From: Candidatus Woesearchaeota archaeon
GTDB lineage: Archaea > Nanobdellota > Nanobdellia > Woesearchaeales > UBA583
Assembly: GCA_027858315.1 (NCBI GenBank)
Contig: JAQICV010000077.1
Location: 6,186-70,185 of the forward strand
Direction: 5' to 3'
Length of the DNA: 64,000 bases
Below the pieces are notes generated by a model. That model made no database searches and was not told the DNA's origin. It saw only the letters and a program-made list of their open reading frames with translations. The position numbers were made by a program, and so were the translations under genes. Of the stretch, positions 10,772-21,347 are shown piece after piece. The stretch's first letter is position 1. Every line of letters begins with the position of its first letter.

Positions 10772-12022
10772 TTATTTTTTAGATTTTTTCAAACCATATC
10801 TATATCCAACAATTAAACCTATAACTAAAAATATAGCGTAAAGTGCAATTCTCAATGTTAAACTCTCACCAGGATTTGCTGTTGATATATCATTAACCAT
10901 AATGGAAATTGTCTCATCTTCTGTTAAAACATCTCCATTTACTACTGATCTAATTTGTAATTTTAATTTGTATTCTTTAGCCTGAGCATCTTCATCAACT
11001 TCAATATTAAATATAACTTCACCTTCATCATTTACATTCATTTTTCCAATGAAATCAGACTTGTCTGCAAAATCAAATGGTTGAGATGAATCTTTAAATA
11101 TTTGAATTGATGTTGAATCACTATCTCCTGAACCAATATTTTGAATTTTTAAATGCAAATCAGCTTTCTTCCCAGGTACTAATTCTGGAGCAACAAATTC
11201 TAAAATTTTGTACTCAGGTCTTGCAAAGATTGCAATGTTGAAATCTTTAACTTGAGTTTTAATTTCATCTTGTTGTTTTTCATCAGATTCTTTGTATTGA
11301 ATATTTAATTTAGCTAATTTATTACCTTTTACTAAACCTTCATTAGTGTCTAAATAAAACTCTGCAATTTTTGAAGCACCTGCATCAATAGTTCCAAGGT
11401 TTGCTCTAGTTGAATAACCAAAACTTTCTTCGAATCCTTCAGGAATAGATAAATCTAAGATTACTTGTTCTGCTGCTTCATCTCCAATATTTACGATTTC
11501 TAGTTTAATTAAACCCTCATCGTAGTTTGCAATTAATTTATTTGGACTTGTCTCAACTTTTCCAATAATTAAATTAGGAGATTTATCTTCATCAACTCTA
11601 ATGTCAAATTCGATTTCTTTTGTAACGACTAAATTAGAAGATGTTTGATACATTTTTAACTCATATACACCTTCTAAAGCACCTTCATCAACTTTTAATT
11701 TGTAATATAGAATGTAGTATTCTTTATCATCACTATTACCTACCCAATCACCTAAATTTTTAATAGCTTTATCGCTACTATCAAAACTAAAAGGATATTC
11801 CGGTACTAATTCATACTCAATATCTTTTAATTCTTCATTACCTTCCTTTTCGATTTTAAATCTTAATTCAACATAGTCTCCAGGTTGCGCTGGGTCTGGG
11901 TCTTGATTAAGCAAAGTCTCTGTTAATTTTGAATAAGAAAAATCTTCTGCAAATGTAGTTGAGGAGATTCCTAACAAAACTAATGTTAATACTAATAAAT
12001 TTTTAATTAATTTGTTTTCCAT
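10772..12022 (-). CDS. S-layer-like / COG1361-type Ig-repeat surface protein
   Basis: Signal peptide, NQDPDPAQPGDYVELRF motif, repeated N.G.. beta domains, C-terminal TM; in operon with MMPL genes. Confidence 0.75.
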   Translation of the reverse strand: MENKLIKNLLVLTLVLLGISSTTFAEDFSYSKLTETLLNQDPDPAQPGDYVELRFKIEKEGNEELKDIEYELVPEYPFSFDSSDKAIKNLGDWVGNSDDKEYYILYYKLKVDEGALEGVYELKMYQTSSNLVVTKEIEFDIRVDEDKSPNLIIGKVETSPNKLIANYDEGLIKLEIVNIGDEAAEQVILDLSIPEGFEESFGYSTRANLGTIDAGASKIAEFYLDTNEGLVKGNKLAKLNIQYKESDEKQQDEIKTQVKDFNIAIFARPEYKILEFVAPELVPGKKADLHLKIQNIGSGDSDSTSIQIFKDSSQPFDFADKSDFIGKMNVNDEGEVIFNIEVDEDAQAKEYKLKLQIRSVVNGDVLTEDETISIMVNDISTANPGESLTLRIALYAIFLVIGLIVGYRYGLKKSKK

Positions 12023-12023
12023 T

Positions 12024-13205
12024 TTATTTTAAATTTGCATTTCCTTTTGCTAACATAAATAGTTTTTTTATAATTTTAAAAGGAGAGTTTAACTTCTTTT
12101 TTGGTTTGTGCAATTCATATAATACTGAAATTGCAGGAACTACAGTAATTGCTGCTAAGAAACAAAATATTACTCCAAAAGCCATAATTTTACCTAATTC
12201 TCCTAAAATGATAAAATCACCATAAGTCATAGACCAAAAACCAATAAAACTAGCAATTGTAGTAATAAACATTGGCTTTAGGACATTTTCCATTGTTTTT
12301 TGCATTGCAAGAACCGGTTTCGCAGATGCGAGTTCTTGCTTGAACCTCATGATAGTTTGGATACCAAAATCTATTCCAATTCCAATAATCATCGAGATTG
12401 CTCCAGAACTAAAATTTGTCATTTTAATTCCTGCTGCAGCAATAAAACCAAATACCCAAATCACTCCAAATATAATTGTGAATAATGGAAGAACAGTATA
12501 AATTGGATGTCTAAATGTGAGCAATAATATTGCAATAATTGCAAATAATGAAATCATTGTAGTCTTAGATGAGTCAGGGCCCGTTAAATCTTCGGAGATT
12601 TTTCCTGCGATTGCTTCACCTGCTAATTGAACTTTTATTCCTTGAGGTTTTTGAGTATTATCAATAATTTTTTGAACTTGAGTTTGCAATTCACCAACTT
12701 CAAAACCTTGGTTTGCATAAACCCTAATTATAGTTAGAGTATATTTATCATTTACAATTCTATCAAATGTATTGGAATTATCATTCATTAATTCTTTTAC
12801 ATCTTTTAAATTATTAATTGGTTTATCATCGTTTAAATTGTAAATATTATTTCCTAGACTATCGCTACCAGTTACATCTTGAATGCCAACAACTTGATTT
12901 GATAAGATATTTGTATATCTTACAACCTCGGGGTCACGAATATCATATATATTTGAACCTAGTTCGGGGTCTAATTCGACTACTATCATAAATGCAGTTG
13001 ACTCTCCTCCACCTAGATTATCGGAGAGTTTTTGAATTCCATCAACAACTGAAAATGTATCAGGTAAAATTTCATCTACATTAGGATTGTCAACAATTAA
13101 TCTATCATATATACTAAATGATCCTACACTAATTAGTAGAGCAAATACAATTACTAAAAATGGATGATTTACAATTATTTTTGCGTATTCATGAATTAGA
13201 TTCAT
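12024..13205 (-). CDS. MMPL/RND family transporter, half-size subunit
   Basis: TM1, large extracytoplasmic loop, then 5 TMs; GIGIDFG motif. Confidence 0.85.
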   Translation of the reverse strand: MNLIHEYAKIIVNHPFLVIVFALLISVGSFSIYDRLIVDNPNVDEILPDTFSVVDGIQKLSDNLGGGESTAFMIVVELDPELGSNIYDIRDPEVVRYTNILSNQVVGIQDVTGSDSLGNNIYNLNDDKPINNLKDVKELMNDNSNTFDRIVNDKYTLTIIRVYANQGFEVGELQTQVQKIIDNTQKPQGIKVQLAGEAIAGKISEDLTGPDSSKTTMISLFAIIAILLLTFRHPIYTVLPLFTIIFGVIWVFGFIAAAGIKMTNFSSGAISMIIGIGIDFGIQTIMRFKQELASAKPVLAMQKTMENVLKPMFITTIASFIGFWSMTYGDFIILGELGKIMAFGVIFCFLAAITVVPAISVLYELHKPKKKLNSPFKIIKKLFMLAKGNANLK

Positions 13206-13206
13206 T

Positions 13207-14382
13207 TTAATTCATACCTCCTGTTTGATTGTAAAAATCTCTTTTTGCAATTTGTTTTTTTGCATTTTTATTCAAACTCTTAATTTCTATATTTTCATAT
13301 AGTATTATCATTAAAGGTGTGACAATTATTGCAGCAACAATTGAAGCTAAGATTCCTATTGCTAATGTTAGACCTAATTTTTGCATCATTGGTGTGAATG
13401 AAAAAGTTAGAGCTAAGAATCCTGCAAATGTTGTAGTTCCTGAAGATAATAGCGCCATTCCAATATTTGAAACTGTAGCCTCAATTGCTTTTAATTGAGT
13501 TTTTTTATTTTTGAATCTTTCTTCATTGTATCTTGTAAGCATAAAGACTCCATACTCAACTCCTAGTCCTAAAATGATTGAAGCTAGAGCAACGGATGCT
13601 ATTGACATTTTTAATCCAATATGTCCAATGATTCCTGCTGCCCAAACTAGAGCAAATAACAATGGAGTAAATACTATTATTGCTTTTGCAAAGGATTTTT
13701 CTGTGAATAATAATAATAAAAATATTCCTACTGCTGCCATTGAAAATGTTTTCAGAGTATCTGAGAATACTGTTTCTCTAATTGTTTTTCCAAAAGCAGG
13801 ACCTCCAGTCATAGTGTATTTCACTCCACCTGGTTGACCTACTGCAGACATTTTATCAAGAAGCATTTCTTCAAATGGAACTACATCTTCATATGCTCCA
13901 CCAATATTAGTTGTAATAGTTAAAATAGTCATTCTATAATTCTCACTAAATAAACCCTTTAGAGCTGGGACCATGTCTAAAAATTTTACTATATCATCTC
14001 TTGATTCAGGTGGATGAGACATCATTGCAGTTCCTAATGAAGAAGTTTGAATTACTCTTGAATCTTTTTTTAGAGAAGTTTCAAGTTCTTGTAAAAATGT
14101 TACGAAATCAGGATCTCTTAAATCAAGTAATTCATTCTCATCAGACTCATCTACTTCAAATACTAATACTACTGTATTTTCTCCTCCGAATTCATCACTG
14201 ATTCTATCTGTTAAAACATAGGCAGGCAAATGCCTTGGATTTTCTTTGTCAAAGTCAGATTCAACTTGTAGATTTGGAACACCTAAACCTATAAGTATTG
14301 TTGATATAATAACTATAGCTAAGAGTATAAATGGAAATTTGTATTGAAATTCTGCAATTTTTTCTAATATTTCTTTAATCAT
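13207..14382 (-). CDS. MMPL/RND family transporter, half-size subunit
   Basis: Same topology; GLGVEYG, SGTTTFAGF. Confidence 0.85.
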   Translation of the reverse strand: MIKEILEKIAEFQYKFPFILLAIVIISTILIGLGVPNLQVESDFDKENPRHLPAYVLTDRISDEFGGENTVVLVFEVDESDENELLDLRDPDFVTFLQELETSLKKDSRVIQTSSLGTAMMSHPPESRDDIVKFLDMVPALKGLFSENYRMTILTITTNIGGAYEDVVPFEEMLLDKMSAVGQPGGVKYTMTGGPAFGKTIRETVFSDTLKTFSMAAVGIFLLLLFTEKSFAKAIIVFTPLLFALVWAAGIIGHIGLKMSIASVALASIILGLGVEYGVFMLTRYNEERFKNKKTQLKAIEATVSNIGMALLSSGTTTFAGFLALTFSFTPMMQKLGLTLAIGILASIVAAIIVTPLMIILYENIEIKSLNKNAKKQIAKRDFYNQTGGMN

Positions 14383-14806
14383 TTTTTGTTAAATTCTCTA
14401 CAATCTTTCTCATACTAGAAACTATTCTTTCCTTCTCTGTTTCATCAATACTTGAGAGCATAATTTTTGCAATTTTTAGTTTTTGTTTTTTGTGATCTTT
14501 ATATGCTTCAATACCATGATCAGATAATGATACAAATACTTTTCTTCTATCTATACTCTCATCTCTTTCTCTTTTCAATAAATCTTTTTCAATTAATTTA
14601 TCTATTAGTGGAGTAATTGTTCCAGGAGTTAAATCAAACTCCTCTGCGATTTCTCCCATTGTCTTTTTTGATTTTTCAATAAAGTCAATTACTTGTAAGT
14701 CTCTAAGCGGCAATTCACAAAGAGTTTTAGAATTAGCAAGTTTTCTTTTAACTTGGGTTCCAATTGCCTCAATTAGCATAGCAAGTTCTTGTTCTTTTGA
14801 TACCAT
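14375..14806 (-). CDS. MarR family transcriptional regulator
   Basis: wHTH 'TMGEIAEEF..TPGTITPLIDKL', DRR wing, LSDHG. Confidence 0.9.
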   Translation of the reverse strand: MVSKEQELAMLIEAIGTQVKRKLANSKTLCELPLRDLQVIDFIEKSKKTMGEIAEEFDLTPGTITPLIDKLIEKDLLKRERDESIDRRKVFVSLSDHGIEAYKDHKKQKLKIAKIMLSSIDETEKERIVSSMRKIVENLTKND

Positions 14807-14819
14807 ACTATAAAATGTT

Positions 14820-14854
14820 TACTTTGATTTATAAATATTTTGATTATCAAAGTA
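14820..14854. promoter_or_regulatory. Palindromic operator overlapping the marR TATA box
   Basis: TACTTTGAT (14820-28) / ATCAAAGTA (14846-54) inverted repeat around TTTATAAA; inner TTTGAT-T-ATCAAA; binding by MarR is inferred. Confidence 0.6.
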
Positions 14855-15001
14855 TTATTTTTTGATTTTATATAAGATTATGATTAAAACTATGAAAAAT
14901 AATGCAGTTATAGAATATGCAATGAAATTAGTTTCTGGTTCTGGGAAGAATAGAAGAGTTAGTAAGGCTATCAGAATAATGAATATAATTAGTTTGTTCA
15001 T
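14855..15001 (-). CDS. Small two-TM membrane protein, 48 aa (not in ORF track)
   Basis: MNKLIIFIILIALLTLLFFPEPETNFIAYSITALFFIVLIIILYKIKK*; TATA-like element about 25 nt upstream. Confidence 0.55.
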   Translation of the reverse strand: MNKLIIFIILIALLTLLFFPEPETNFIAYSITALFFIVLIIILYKIKK

Positions 15002-15066
15002 TGAATCTTATGGATTCCTGATACTATAAAGGTTTTGGTGGTGAGGTGGCATATTGTAGTTTTTGA

Positions 15067-15237
15067 AAACTTTGTTTTATCATCAAGTTATCAAATATAA
15101 CAAATAATAAAGAACTTTCAATTTCAAAAAATATATTTGAAAGGTTAAAAGAATCTTCAATAAATTATTATCTTAAAGATTTAGATAATACAAATATTCA
15201 ATTATTGAGTGAAGAAGGAAATAATATAGAAGAATGA
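15067..15237 (+). pseudogene. Possible 3' remnant of a truncated gene
   Basis: 56 open codons without an upstream ATG, ending in an ATGA overlap with 15234. Confidence 0.35.
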
Positions 15238-15722
15238 ATTTAGAAGAATTACAAAATGAGATTAATACTCAGAATCAAAGGAAAGGTGAAATAATCTCAT
15301 TAGTTGTTTCATTAGAAGGAGATATGGAATTTTTCATATCCAAATATTTTGCAAGAGATTCTAATAGAGATATTGTATTATCTTACTCAATCTTATCTGA
15401 TATAACAATAGAAAAGAAAAAACAATATATATTTGAAATTATAAAGTTTCAGGAAAGTACAGGATTTAATGAATTAAATAAAGAAATAAAAGAATTTGTA
15501 AATTTTCTTAGAAATGATTTTGATTTTGTAATACAAAAAAGAAATGCAATAGCACATTGGCATGGATTAATAGATAGTGAGAGAATTACTATTGAAAATA
15601 GAAAAAGAGTTACAACTCCTAAAGATAGATTAGAAATTACAAAAGATTTAGTTGAAGAAATTAAAATTAAAAAAGATAGAATTTCTAAAAGTTTAAAGGA
15701 ATTAGGAATTAAATATAAATAA
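15234..15722 (+). CDS. Hypothetical helical protein with HEPN-like Rx4H motif
   Basis: RNAIAH; similar to 39895..40356. Confidence 0.5.
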   Translation: MNLEELQNEINTQNQRKGEIISLVVSLEGDMEFFISKYFARDSNRDIVLSYSILSDITIEKKKQYIFEIIKFQESTGFNELNKEIKEFVNFLRNDFDFVIQKRNAIAHWHGLIDSERITIENRKRVTTPKDRLEITKDLVEEIKIKKDRISKSLKELGIKYK

Positions 15723-15784
15723 CTTATTATATTAAATAACAAGAAAATGGGAAATTTAATAAAGAGAAACAACTCAAATTAATT

Positions 15785-16621
15785 ATGGATACAACTCTTC
15801 TTTTTGATGAAACTATTAATTGTTTAAAAAAAATAAATAATAAAAAAGATAATATAGATTTAAGTCAAAGTTCATTTCTGACTCCATTCTTCATTGCACC
15901 ATTAGCTGCATATTTAAATAATGTCAAATCAAAAAATTGCATATTACCAATAAGAACAGAAGTCTTTTCTTATTTAGAATATGTTAAATTTCCAACAGGA
16001 ATAAATGTAGATGAATTCAAAAGAAGAGCTGATAAAAAAACATATTTGCCCTTATTTTCATTTTATGATAATGAGATTGATAATGAAGAAATACTTAGCA
16101 AACTAATAGATTGTTTAACTATTTTTGCAGATATAAAATATAATAAAGATTTAATATATAATCCTTTAGCAGAATTAATAGATAATGTGAAAGAACATTC
16201 CCATTCTACTAAATGTGTTATTACTGCACAAATTTATGAAGAAAAGTATCTTGCAATTTCTTTAGTAGATAATGGGAAGACAATACCTCAAAATTACATT
16301 GATGCAAAATTTGGTATAAATAATGATATAGAAGCTTTTGAACAAATACTTAAAGGAATATCATCTACTGGTGATAATACTAGAGGGTTTGGTATTCAAA
16401 CATCACTTCAAGTCATTTCTGAAGCACTTAAAGGAACTATATTTATAGTTTCAGGCGGGGGAGGGATATACAAACAAGGCAAAAATCCACCTACATTATA
16501 TGATTTTACTAAATATAATTTAAAATATAAAGGAACAATTATTAATATTATCTTTGAAATGCCGAAAGAATCATTAAAAATAAATAAAATGGATTATTTA
16601 AGCAAAAAACGAATATATTAA
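15785..16621 (+). CDS. GHKL/HATPase_c ATP-binding protein (anti-sigma/Ser kinase-like) with STAS-like N-terminus
   Basis: N-box ELIDNVKEHS, G1 VDNG, G2 RGFGI, G3 KGT. Confidence 0.75.
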   Translation: MDTTLLFDETINCLKKINNKKDNIDLSQSSFLTPFFIAPLAAYLNNVKSKNCILPIRTEVFSYLEYVKFPTGINVDEFKRRADKKTYLPLFSFYDNEIDNEEILSKLIDCLTIFADIKYNKDLIYNPLAELIDNVKEHSHSTKCVITAQIYEEKYLAISLVDNGKTIPQNYIDAKFGINNDIEAFEQILKGISSTGDNTRGFGIQTSLQVISEALKGTIFIVSGGGGIYKQGKNPPTLYDFTKYNLKYKGTIINIIFEMPKESLKINKMDYLSKKRIY

Positions 16622-16673
16622 CCTTTAAATAGTCAATGAATAGGTTTATAAAAAAAGACATCATATTATATAT

Positions 16674-16979
16674 ATGAAAAAAATAGAATTATCTAAATCT
16701 TTTAAAAATAAACTAGCTTTAAGATCAACTGCTAGACATTTATTTGATATTATCATTGAAGAAAATATTACTACATTAGATTTTAAAAATATTGAATTTA
16801 TCTCTAGATCATTTGCAAATGAGTTATTAAAATTAGAAAAAGAAACAAAATTAAAATTAGAAAAAATTAATATGAGTTCAAATGTAAGTTTTATGATTAA
16901 GTTTGCTTTAGAAAATAGGACTGAAGATTCTAAAACTAATTATAAAATAGGTAATCTTGATAATTTGATTGCATTATAG
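16674..16979 (+). CDS. STAS-like domain protein (DUF4325-type)
   Basis: LDFKNIEFISRSFANE motif; adjacent to HATPase. Confidence 0.75.
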   Translation: MKKIELSKSFKNKLALRSTARHLFDIIIEENITTLDFKNIEFISRSFANELLKLEKETKLKLEKINMSSNVSFMIKFALENRTEDSKTNYKIGNLDNLIAL

Positions 16980-17077
16980 TTAACTTCATTTAATATTTAC
17001 TATAATTATAGATCTACAATTATATAACATTCCAATAATTAAAAAGATTTAAAAATATATTTTTCATTATATAATAT

Positions 17078-17536
17078 ATGAGTAATAAAAGAATCCAACT
17101 AGAGGCAATAGTTTATAGAAAAAAGAAAGATGAATATGAATTCCTATTGTTAAAAAGGATTCCTTCAAAAGGTCACTTTTGGCAGCCTATATGTGGAAAA
17201 ATGGAGGATAGTGATAAAAATGTATTGGATGGATGCTATAGAGAAATAAAAGAGGAAACATCAATTGATAAGAAAAATATTATAAGAGTAATAGATAATG
17301 TACATTATTTTGAAATGAATAGACATTATTTAACTCGAGAAGTTATGCCAACCATAAAAGAATATGTTTTAGCATTTGAAGTAGACACAAATACAGTAAT
17401 TAATATTGAGAATAATATTTACCCTGAGCATGAAGAATATAAATGGGTTACTTTAGAAGAAGCACTTGATTTGTTGAAATGGGAAAACAATAAAGAAGCC
17501 TTTAGTAAATTATTTGAGAATTTAAAAGATAAGTAA
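17078..17536 (+). CDS. NUDIX hydrolase (NudB-like)
   Basis: FWQPICG..E....REIKEET; EHEEYKW. Confidence 0.85.
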   Translation: MSNKRIQLEAIVYRKKKDEYEFLLLKRIPSKGHFWQPICGKMEDSDKNVLDGCYREIKEETSIDKKNIIRVIDNVHYFEMNRHYLTREVMPTIKEYVLAFEVDTNTVINIENNIYPEHEEYKWVTLEEALDLLKWENNKEAFSKLFENLKDK

Positions 17537-17589
17537 AGAAACAATGCAAATCTAAATATTTATAAATATAAAAATTTAATCATATTTAA

Positions 17590-18132
17590 ATGAAAAAAAG
17601 ATATCTCATTTATGCTTTTATTTCAATAATTATTTCAGTAACAATAAACTTTAATTATCACGGTTCAGTATTAGGTTTTTTATCTATAACTATATTTAAA
17701 GGATTTCTTTTTTTCCTAGGACTAACTAGCATATATCATCTGGTTCTAAGTTTTAAAGACAAAAAATATAAAAAATCCATTTTTTTTGGAAGTTTACTTG
17801 TTTTATTATTTTTCTTTGCTTTTTTTTTGAATAATACAGAAGGTGAACTATGTTCAATGGCAATTCAATTCCCACATTTTAGAACTAATATTCTCACTCA
17901 AAAATGTGAATTTGGAGGAGGAGCTGGTTGTTTAATTGGAGAACCTTGGTATTATAATTCTGGTTGTGATATAAGTGAAGAAGAAAAATTAAATATATTA
18001 AAAAATGATGAAAAAGTTATTTTGGAATGCAAATTTATATGTGAGCAAAATTTTGAATATAAATATTGTTCAGGAATATATAGATGTAATGAATTCTTTT
18101 CTTGTGATAGTATTTCTTGTGTAGATGATTAA
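17590..18132 (+). CDS. Membrane protein with Cys-rich C-terminal domain
   Basis: 3 TMs followed by about 10 Cys. Confidence 0.6.
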   Translation: MKKRYLIYAFISIIISVTINFNYHGSVLGFLSITIFKGFLFFLGLTSIYHLVLSFKDKKYKKSIFFGSLLVLLFFFAFFLNNTEGELCSMAIQFPHFRTNILTQKCEFGGGAGCLIGEPWYYNSGCDISEEEKLNILKNDEKVILECKFICEQNFEYKYCSGIYRCNEFFSCDSISCVDD

Positions 18133-18135
18133 TTA

Positions 18136-20097
18136 CTAATTAACAATTCTCTCCAAAATTTCTCTACTCTTCTTAGTTTTATTTTTCCAGAATGATTCAT
18201 CTTGTAATACTCTTTTTAGAATCAACTCAGGAGTTGATTTTCCTAATTGATTAAATTGAGGTTGATGATTTGTCATTAAGTTTCCTTTCTCATCTAAACC
18301 TGTTGCAGAGATTCCATCTATTCTTATTCCTTTAACTCTTTGTTCTTCAATGAATTCTTTAATTTCTCTTCCTAAGTGAGATACTGCAATACAATAATTA
18401 TTTTGCAGAGATAATTCTGTTAAGAATTCTATTAGAATTTTAGCTGCAGCACCTGGCTCAGTTATTGCTTCGAATTCATCAATTAGAATTAATTTAGAAT
18501 TTTCATGGTCTAGTATTTCAATTAGATTTCTTATAGTTTGTTCAAATGCTCCTGATCCTTGAGTTCCTGTAAATTTCTTTAAGTAAATTATTTCATCAAA
18601 GATTTTTACTGTAGAAGATACTGAAGTTGGAGATGGAAGACCCATATTAGTTAGGATATGAATTTGTAAGAACATTTCTAGAATAGTTGTTTTTCCACCT
18701 GAATTTGCACCTGTTAATACTGAGATTTTTTCATTTTCTAATTTCTCATTATTTATTGAATTAGTTCCTAGTCCGTATGAGATTGGCATTGGATTATCGA
18801 TGTATATATTTCTACTTTGAATTAATTCAAGTTTGTCTCCTAAGTTAGGATATTGAAGGTTGTATTTTTTTGCAAACTTTGAGATTCCATTAAAGAAGTC
18901 TAAATAAAAAGCATAGTCCCATAGTTTTTTGATTTGTTTATAATTAATTGAACCTAGTTGTTTGTATGTGTCCAATTCTAATTGAGAAGAGACTGAATCG
19001 ATTTGATTTAATAAATTTGCTTTTGCTTCTTCATCTAATTCAAGAGGATATGTTGAATTAGAAAATAAGAAGTCAACATTTATTTTTGCCTTTTTGAAAT
19101 CTTCTAGGATTTCTTTTTCTCTTTGAGAAATTATTTCTCTAGTGTCTTCTTTGAATTTATCCTGGAGTGCTTGCATATTTCCAGAATTTAATAATTCAAG
19201 CAGCTCATCTCCTCCTAATGAGAGTTGTTTTTTTGAAATGATTTCTTTTAGTTCTTTGTTTATGTTCTGAACCTCTTCTTCAAGTCTTAGAGCTTTATTT
19301 GTCAATTCTTTTAGTGATTCAGAAGAATCTACTTCAAGAAGCTCTTTTAGTTTTATTTGGTCTATATCTATGTCTAATTCATTATTTGTTAATTGATGAG
19401 CACAGGATTGTATTGACTTATTATATTTTGAAGATAAATCTAAAAGTTTTAATAAATTTAAAATTTGTTTCGAATTCTTTTTTATTATATTTCCGATAAT
19501 TACTTTTTGAAAATCTTTGAAAGAATAAATTTCAAAGTCAACATATAAATCCTCTTCAGTTACTAAAATAAAACTTGCACTTTGGTTTTGAGTTATTTCT
19601 TCTAATTCATTTTTTGTAACATAGAGTGAGCTAATTTTATATGAGTCATATAATAGATCTTGAATTTGTTTGTCTAGAGTATAAATTGTTTTATTAAAAG
19701 ATACCTTTGTATTAATTAGTTCTATTTGATTGATTATTGTTTTGATTTGTTTTTGAGATTCTTCATCTATATCAATTTTAGAAATACTTGAGAAAATTTC
19801 TTTTCTTTTTTTTAATTCTTTAACTTCTTTAGTTGGATTAAAAAATAGATTTGCATAATGATTTGTCTTTTGATTGAAAAATTGAGATTTTATCATATCA
19901 AATATCTTAGTTAAATGTTTTTTTGCATGTGATTGAGTGTATATCTCTTGAGTCTCTTTATTGAATAATTTTAGAAGCTGACTTGAAGTTAAATCATGAA
20001 AGTTATATAATTCATAGTTAGTCATTATCGAATTTATTTTACTTTCAGTATTAAATTTTTTTAGAAGTTCTTGTTTTAGATTATCTTGTATATTCAT
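18136..20097 (-). CDS. MutS-family ATPase (archaeal MutS2/MutS5-like)
   Basis: TGANSGGKTT, GAFE, LIDEFE, VSHL; long coiled coil; no mismatch-binding domain evident. Confidence 0.8.
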   Translation of the reverse strand: MNIQDNLKQELLKKFNTESKINSIMTNYELYNFHDLTSSQLLKLFNKETQEIYTQSHAKKHLTKIFDMIKSQFFNQKTNHYANLFFNPTKEVKELKKRKEIFSSISKIDIDEESQKQIKTIINQIELINTKVSFNKTIYTLDKQIQDLLYDSYKISSLYVTKNELEEITQNQSASFILVTEEDLYVDFEIYSFKDFQKVIIGNIIKKNSKQILNLLKLLDLSSKYNKSIQSCAHQLTNNELDIDIDQIKLKELLEVDSSESLKELTNKALRLEEEVQNINKELKEIISKKQLSLGGDELLELLNSGNMQALQDKFKEDTREIISQREKEILEDFKKAKINVDFLFSNSTYPLELDEEAKANLLNQIDSVSSQLELDTYKQLGSINYKQIKKLWDYAFYLDFFNGISKFAKKYNLQYPNLGDKLELIQSRNIYIDNPMPISYGLGTNSINNEKLENEKISVLTGANSGGKTTILEMFLQIHILTNMGLPSPTSVSSTVKIFDEIIYLKKFTGTQGSGAFEQTIRNLIEILDHENSKLILIDEFEAITEPGAAAKILIEFLTELSLQNNYCIAVSHLGREIKEFIEEQRVKGIRIDGISATGLDEKGNLMTNHQPQFNQLGKSTPELILKRVLQDESFWKNKTKKSREILERIVN

Positions 20098-20244
20098 TTT
20101 TATTTATTAAAATGGTCTTGAAAATTTATTTTACTAAATTTTCATTGTTCATAATAAAAAATAGATTAAGCTGTTTTTAAATATTTGTAAGAAGTTGAAA
20201 TTATTTGAAATATAATACTTAATGAAAATCTATGAATGTATATA

Positions 20245-20556
20245 TTATTTCTCTAATTTTTTAATATTATTAATTGCCTTTCTAATAAAATAGGAATATT
20301 CTTCTTTGTGTTCAATAGGGATCAAAACCCAATTTTTCATAATTTTGTTAGAATCATAAATGTGATGCCCAATCTTTGCTCCAGTTAATTTTAATGCTTC
20401 TTTTTTTGAATTTTCATCAAGTTTAATCATTAAACTATTTTTATATGAAATGACTAATATTTTTCCATAATCAAATCTAAGTCCATCAACTCCAAATACT
20501 TTACACAAAGAGATTTTATCAAATTTATTTGCAATCTGGACTAAAGTTTCTTTCAT
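20245..20556 (-). CDS. TfoX-N-like small protein
   Basis: KVFG..GL...GK, LMIKL, MKNWV pattern. Confidence 0.5.
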   Translation of the reverse strand: MKETLVQIANKFDKISLCKVFGVDGLRFDYGKILVISYKNSLMIKLDENSKKEALKLTGAKIGHHIYDSNKIMKNWVLIPIEHKEEYSYFIRKAINNIKKLEK

Positions 20557-20603
20557 ATTAGTTTATGGAAATTGTAATATATAACTTTTTCTTAAAGTAA
20601 ATA

Positions 20604-21140
20604 TTATTTTTTAGTATATTTTAAAATAACAATTCCTTCTTGAATAGTAGATTCCTCTAGATGTAATTTTATATTAGGATTGTTTTCTAAAAATAATCTT
20701 CTTCCTGAACCTAAAATGGTCGGGATAATACCAATAATATAATCATCTATTATCTCTGATTTAATAAATGTGTCAGTTAAACCAGCTCCCCCATATAACC
20801 AAATATTTTTCCCATTTTCTTTTTGTAATTCTAATATTTTATCTACAATATTTTCTTTTCTGAATTCAACGTCTTTGAGTTTCGATTTTAATTCTTTTGA
20901 TGTTGCAACATATACTTTTTTATCTTTAAACATTTCAATTGATTCTTCAGGAATATCTTCATATGCTTTTCTTCCCATAACTACTGTATCAATAGAATTT
21001 AAAAACTCTTCAAAATTAAATTTTTTATTAGTATCATGGCTCTTATCTGCATCTCCGACTATCCAATCAAAGCTTCCATCTCCTCTTGCAATATAACCAT
21101 CTAAACTAATTGCTAGATTTAGAATTATTTTTCTTGACAT
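20604..21140 (-). CDS. Dihydrofolate reductase / RibD C-terminal family protein
   Basis: AISLDGYIA, VMGRKAY, IWLYGG, IIPTILGSG. Confidence 0.88.
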   Translation of the reverse strand: MSRKIILNLAISLDGYIARGDGSFDWIVGDADKSHDTNKKFNFEEFLNSIDTVVMGRKAYEDIPEESIEMFKDKKVYVATSKELKSKLKDVEFRKENIVDKILELQKENGKNIWLYGGAGLTDTFIKSEIIDDYIIGIIPTILGSGRRLFLENNPNIKLHLEESTIQEGIVILKYTKK

Positions 21141-21190
21141 AATATAGATAATGTTATCAGAATTTATAATCTTATCTTTAGAAAATTATT

Positions 21191-21207
21191 AAGCCCTCCG
21201 ACCGGGA
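21191..21207 (-). repeat. 17-bp direct repeat of the tRNA-Glu(TTC) 3' end (att-like)
   Basis: AAGCCCTCCGACCGGGA identical to 22386-22402. Confidence 0.85.
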
Positions 21208-21347
21208 GTAGTTTAATGTTAGAAATACAAGATATCAACAATAAAGAACTAAATACGTTGATATTAATAAATTTTAAAACTTAAATAAAAGTTCACCTCC
21301 TTTAATTAGGTGACTACAAAAATGAAAAATGAAAAAAATGTAGTCTC

